The notes below the pieces were generated by a model. It was not told where the DNA came from and did not search any database. It was given only the letters and a program-made list of their open reading frames with translations. A DNA stretch of 64,000 nt. It comes from Azolla caroliniana. Its lineage: Eukaryota > Plantae > Polypodiophyta. Location: NCBI GenBank assembly GCA_043228905.1, contig JBHGNT010000021.1, positions 1,674,001 through 1,738,000 of the forward strand. Reading direction: 5' to 3'. Positions 60,201 to 64,000 of this stretch are shown in pieces. Each line of letters begins with the position of its first letter. Position 1 is the first letter of the stretch. Both the position numbers and the translations under genes were made by a program.

Positions 60201-63200
60201 GGATGCCATCTCAAATTTGCTACCCCCAAGTGTTTGAGAATATATCCCTTACTATCCGATCATTTTAGATAAGATTCTAGATTGTCATATCAGAAAAGCT
60301 CTCTCTATATGGGAAATTACAAACAAGAAGTTTTGAAAACATAACGAATGTTTTAGTGACTCTGCACTTTTTCCTTTTATCGAACATCTTATATCCCTCC
60401 AATTGAGAATTTCCATGCAAACAAACACATAAGCGTACATCTGTTTTTGAGCATAGCTTTAATTCTCATGTGAAACGTATCCAAATTCAGAATTGGGGTG
60501 TATGATGATAGCTTTATCTTGGTAGATTATGCATATGGTTCCAGTTGGCTTAGCAATTTTGATGAAAAAGAGAAATCACTCTAATTCTCATTGTACTTTT
60601 CATGAGTCCACTTTGACTACATTGCTTGGTTGTATACCATGAGTAGTGTCACAAATAGTATCTGCACGGAAGAAACCTGTCAGTGTTATCTCTCTACATG
60701 GATTTGTGATTGCTGACCACTCCCTCAATAGGCGCTCTATCTCTTCTAATGTCTAGAACTAAGAGTTTTTTTATCTTTGTACTCCACATCATGTTACAGG
60801 ACTTTTGAATCCATTGCATGTAGGAGGTGTGATTAACACATGAAAACAGCATGGCGTGAACATGTGGACTGAGCTTATAGGACCCCCATGTCAGAAGTTG
60901 AAAGAGAGGTAGAGTTCGATGAGCTCTAACGGTGCTTTTCTTCTGCATGTGTTCATTCACTCCCCAAGATGGGCCTGGGGCTCCAAGTCCCAGGCACCTG
61001 AGTTGCATGCGATCTGAGTATGGTGGGCTATAAGTGTGTTAAAGATGAGTATTCTGTTAAACCTCCTATTTGCTGGCATCTACATGTTTTCTTTTTTTTT
61101 TTCTCCATGTGCTAAGTTCAACAAACAAGGGAAACACTATACAAATGTGATATATAACAAGTTTTGAATAGATTTTAGCTTTAGGAACTACAAAAAGTGG
61201 TATGTCATCTCTCTCTTTACCAACCTACTTATCGTTCATCCATTGTCTTTCTTTTTCTTTTAAATCAAAATTTCTTTCTATAGTTTGTCTTTTTCTAATT
61301 ATGAAAGACACTTATCTTTATATCAACATCTATATGACCTCATATAATGGTTTACAACCAAGTGAATTAATATATCAGTATATCTAGTTTTTTTACTGTA
61401 ACGATTACCACTCTGGGTTCCAAACCCACCCCATTGACCAATCTTGGCAAGCCTGAATCATCTTATCTCCTTTAGAAATCCTGATAAATCTTATAATTAG
61501 TTGTAGACATAGACTAATCATTTTCCAGAAGCTTTCTGGTTTGTCATGTAATAGAAGCTCTTTGAGTGTTTCTCAGCACGTGCTCAAGTGTCACGAGTTC
61601 AAGTTGAGCCTGGATCAGCAAAGAAGTTTGGGGGAATGAGGAAGCAAAACGGGATCTTGAAAATAACTAAAGCAAAGGGCAGGAGCCAAATGTATAGAAT
61701 AGTTGGGGCCATGCTATTTTGCTTCAGTTTTTCCCTTCTTTAACGTGCATTGTACTCATTACCACATGCTACTCTGGGGCCTGTGGGACATTGAGCCTGC
61801 ATGGACTGCACTGAGGTCTGTTAATGGCAGGATACAATCACCAATGAGACTCAGAGACTTGGTCCCATATTGAATGGATACAATCACCAATGACATCCAT
61901 CGTTGGTTGCATGGTTCTTGGACATGTATGTAAGGACATCATCTCTTCAGTGTCCACAAATCTGTGGAACCTCTAGAGAGTCTTGCTTGCCTCGTACTCG
62001 ATGTCCAAAATTTTCTGCCTTGCCCATCAACTGCTCTTTGCAAAATAATGGCTTATCTTGTTTTTTCTGTAGCTATCCAGCATTATGGGATCCCTGCTTT
62101 TAAAGATTCGTGCAAGAGTGTGTTCAATCCAGGTAGTCAGGAATCCCTTCTATACAATTCTATTAAACCTGTGCACTGGAAGTGCAACAAAAAAAGAAGC
62201 ATTTGCTTATCCCATTCTGGAGTCTTTTGATCACATTAATTACTTGACTTACTGAAAAATGTAAACCAAATTTGTCTGGCCTGTGGATATGGAAGAGGGG
62301 TTGTTCTGGTATATTATACAGACTTTTTGCATGCATAGGCCAAACCTCTATTGAAATAATTGGTAATGTAGATTGTTTTGCATGAAACGTCTTCCAAGCC
62401 CTCTTGCTGTCTTGACTCAAACACATATGAGAAATCTGTGCTTCCACCTCATCAATTCTCACATATTTTAAGGCATGGAGATATTTAATAAGAGCTGACC
62501 CTTCTGTAAGGAAAGACATAGCTGGGTGATGTGGAGTATTTCTGAAGGACCATTCGTGATTTCTTCCACTGTGTAAGGGATCCAGTGTGAATATATTTTC
62601 GTGAATTGTTGAAACTGTATACTCAACTCATATCCTAGAGAAATTTGATGTTTAGGGTATCTGGGTTCACATTGTCCCATGCGACAGTGAATTTCAAATA
62701 TGCACGATCAGCAGTTATACTATTTTGCTTCCTAGAGTGATGATTTTTTTGGCTTCTGGTATTAATGGTGGGGAACAAAATGCTGCTTCATAAGTCCTAA
62801 TCAAATCCCTAATCTTGAAAATTAAAGAGACAAATATGGTATTAAGGAATATATTTTTGACCAAGCATATCAAAATAGTTCTGAAAAATGTCAAATGCAC
62901 ACTTTTCTAATATCTGGAAAGAATCAGAAGTATAAATCTTTGTAATAATTTTGTCTATATAAAATATTAGAAAATACTCTAGGAGTGGGAACGAGTGACA
63001 TTATATTTAGGATAAAATGCCAATGTATTAGAAAATATTTAATAGTATGGCCATAAAATCCTTTTCTCTGGATTTCCAATGTCTTATTCCTCTTCTTGAA
63101 GGTACGAAGTTCTGCAGTCTTTGTGCCTGAAACATCAACATTGGTCACGGAGAGGAGCCATGATAATCTTTGTTTCACCTACCAAATACGAATCCGTCTT

Positions 63201-64000
63201 CTTCCCTCGGGAGATGGTCCACACGCTCACTCTTTCCGAACTTGTCAGCTCTCACAACGCTATTGGGTAATCCTTGAAAATGGCATTTTCAAAGATGAAG
63301 TGCGGGGAGCTGCTGTCATTGGTCAGGTAAACCATTGTTTTTGAAGTGGTTGTATATATTTTACTTCTTATTCGAGTTGGATATAAACACATTATATTCG
63401 AACAATATATATACATATATGGGGAAAACTCTGAATATTCTTGAATTTTGCTTTATTTCTCGATATGCCCCTAGTTTTTTGTTATTTCCCATATGCAGTC
63501 AATCAACCACCCAGACATCAATTTAATTGTCAATTCATTCCCCTTTTCCCATTTACATGTGCTATTCAAGCAATCATATGGTCAATCCATCCCCTTTTTC
63601 TTTCTTTCGTGTGTTTGTGGAAATAATGGAAACTTGAGCATCTTGAAGTAATGATGAAAAACGCAGGCATGGAGTTATTCCATCTATATATGTAATAATG
63701 TATGTATCTCTGAATCTTGTGATGTTGCAGTATCCATTGCTAGAAACAGATGGCAAGGAGTTCATGTATGCTAGTTGCAGTTCACTTGGTACACGGAAAG
63801 GTGCAATGCATGGCAACTTCACATTTGTTCCGGGGAGGTATTAAAATGATTTGCTTGCTTTCACTATACAAGTTATTTTTTGAGCTCATACATTCTGGCG
63901 TTGTTGATTAAGTATAACTGTATAAGAAATGGCATGAAATGTAAATCCTAATTGATAACGTTCTTTTTTTCCAGCTTGAGTCGCCCGGAGGGCCCAGCAT
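57229..64000 (+). CDS. SKIP16: F-box protein SKIP16-like (F-box, SMI1/KNR4, ApaG/DUF525); 3' partial
   Basis: Exons 57229-57426 (F-box), 57914-58624 (SMI1/KNR4: LPLSVRLQYRFCGGQ, GLLGGYKFYDH, DSLLRWLEEY, ISLFPE), 63102-63326 (VRSSAVFVPE..CQLSQRYWVI..GAAVIG), 63731-63837 (YPLL..FMYASC..GNFTFVPG) and 63975->64000. GT-AG junctions, in frame. Confidence 0.92.
61950..62720 (-). mobile_element. Decayed non-LTR (RTE/RTE-X-like) EN-RT junction fragment in SKIP16 intron
   Basis: KRAWKTF..FSVSQVINVIKRLQNG, WIEHTLARIFKSRDP..DSYR...ISH..AK, ENFGHRVRG resemble the N-terminal RT of this group. Confidence 0.5.

Overview
Eukaryotic land-plant nuclear DNA: AT-rich, intron-containing genes, many (GA/TC)n microsatellites and nested retroelements. 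The gene and TE content suggests a non-seed plant such as a fern, but that is inference. Four host genes are present: the 3' end of a CBP/p300-type histone acetyltransferase (HAC1-like, +), a complete 11-exon COP1-interacting-protein-related (CIP7-like) gene (-), an RZ-1-type glycine-rich RNA-binding protein (-) and an F-box/SMI1-KNR4/ApaG gene (SKIP16-like, +) that runs off the end. A 17.6-kb retrotransposon nest (29024-46634) holds an intact, very young Ty1/copia inserted into the LTR of a chimeric tRNA-Trp-primed Ty3/gypsy, plus pieces of a related, apparently gag-only family. The most notable signal is two unrelated LINE families tied to the same GA/TC microsatellite on opposite strands: an L1 family with all 3 copies flanked by (GA)n on both sides, and an RTE-X-like family bounded by (TC)n. 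Other candidates are a 147-bp TG..CA hairpin element with a 5-bp TSD, an insertion bracketed by an 83-bp duplication, and a degenerate repeat/spacer array inside the non-autonomous gypsy. All assignments come from manual reading and recalled family motifs; no searches were run.
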